NCBI GenBank assembly: GCA_000165425.1
Contig: CT868196.1
Coordinates: 124,001 to 188,000, forward strand
Length of the DNA: 64,000 bases
Direction: 5' to 3'
Origin: Paramecium tetraurelia
Taxonomy: Eukaryota
The notes under the pieces were generated by a model. It saw nothing but the letters and a program-made list of their open reading frames with translations. It was not told the origin of the DNA and made no database searches. A program made the translations under genes and the position numbers. Shown here one piece after another: positions 63,202 through 64,000 of this stretch. How positions within the stretch are numbered: position 1 is the first letter of the stretch; each line of letters begins with the position of its first letter.

Positions 63202-64000
63202 ATGCTATAATTATTTTTACTCATTGTTATTGCTAAGAGTTAAATAAATTTAGTTTGGCAGATATATAATCCAGATAGTGGATTAACATCGTAGGATTAA
63301 TCAATAACTTTTGGATAATACAATAAAGAAATAAGAGTTTGGCCTTCAGATGGAAGCTCTTTTAAGAGTGAATTTTAATTATCCGGCAACTTGCCTATGA
63401 GTCCTCAATTTCCTATTGCAAGAATAAATAGTAAATACGTAAGCTTTTACGTTGGGATAACAGAAAATAGTGGATCCACTCTTAGCTTATCTAAAACTAC
63501 AAACTCGTAATATTAGTTCTCCTAGAATGCAATTACTTTTGTGCCATCCTCTAAACAGTGTGTATTAACTCCATCCGCTGATTTTAATACAATTCCTATA
63601 GGAGGGAAAAGGTAATTAACGTTAGATTTCATCAATTGTATACCAATTACAGGTTTATAGATTAAAGTGTTATATGAAACAATTAGTAAGACAATAATCC
63701 AAAAAAACAGAGAGAGATTTGCTTTCATAGAAGTGTCTTCCTTAAATGCAGCTGTAGACACTTCCATTTCTATATCATTCTAAGTGAATTCAACTTATTA
63801 TCTGATTAGCACAATAACACTAAAGGTGGTTGCAAATTCATAATCTCTTCCTGTTTCTTCGATAGTCAATAAAAATAGCGGAACTTGTACTGGAGCATAA
63901 GCGGTATTCACATTTAATTGTGGAAAGAAATCAATGCTCTATTATAGTTATTCGTATTAGAATTAAGCAATAGATATAACCAAAATAAAGGAATAACTGC
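63202..64000 (+). CDS. Secreted/surface protein, N-terminal part (runs off window edge)
   Basis: Signal peptide MLQLFLLIVIAKS followed by about 265 TGA-free codons with beta-rich, S/T-rich composition. Confidence 0.75.

Noticed and set aside
1..64000. Retained IESs, CRISPR arrays, rRNA or prokaryotic operons/defence systems
   Set aside because: Eukaryotic intron-containing genes; no TA-bounded insertion interrupting a gene, spaced repeat array or rRNA-like sequence could be supported by eye.

Overview
AT-rich, gene-dense ciliate macronuclear-type DNA, most consistent with Paramecium. TAA/TAG read as Gln, TGA is the only stop, introns are 22-29 nt GT-AG, and intergenic gaps can be only tens of bp. 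The supplied standard-code ORF track is therefore fragmentary; I retranslated by eye with code 6. The window holds about 30 genes: three large PAS-containing TmcB/C-like membrane proteins, a mitochondrial carrier, a CRC/CXC protein, TMEM128, a dCache receptor-like protein, an ankyrin-AGC kinase, RAD50, an HMG-box/histone-fold fusion, ICMT, a Cys-rich surface antigen, TPR and RING-H2 proteins, two hybrid histidine kinases, NAP, TVP23, a type-I glutaminyl cyclase, cactin and one tRNA-Met. Most notable: an NDUFA9 pseudogene, a ~318 bp gene-conversion-like tract between tandem paralogs, an ATGA stop/start overlap within an operon-like run of four co-directional genes, an elongator tRNA-Met with A54, and the HMG/histone-fold gene 32 bp head-to-head with RAD50. 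No database searches were run, family calls rest on motif recognition, and some start codons are approximate.
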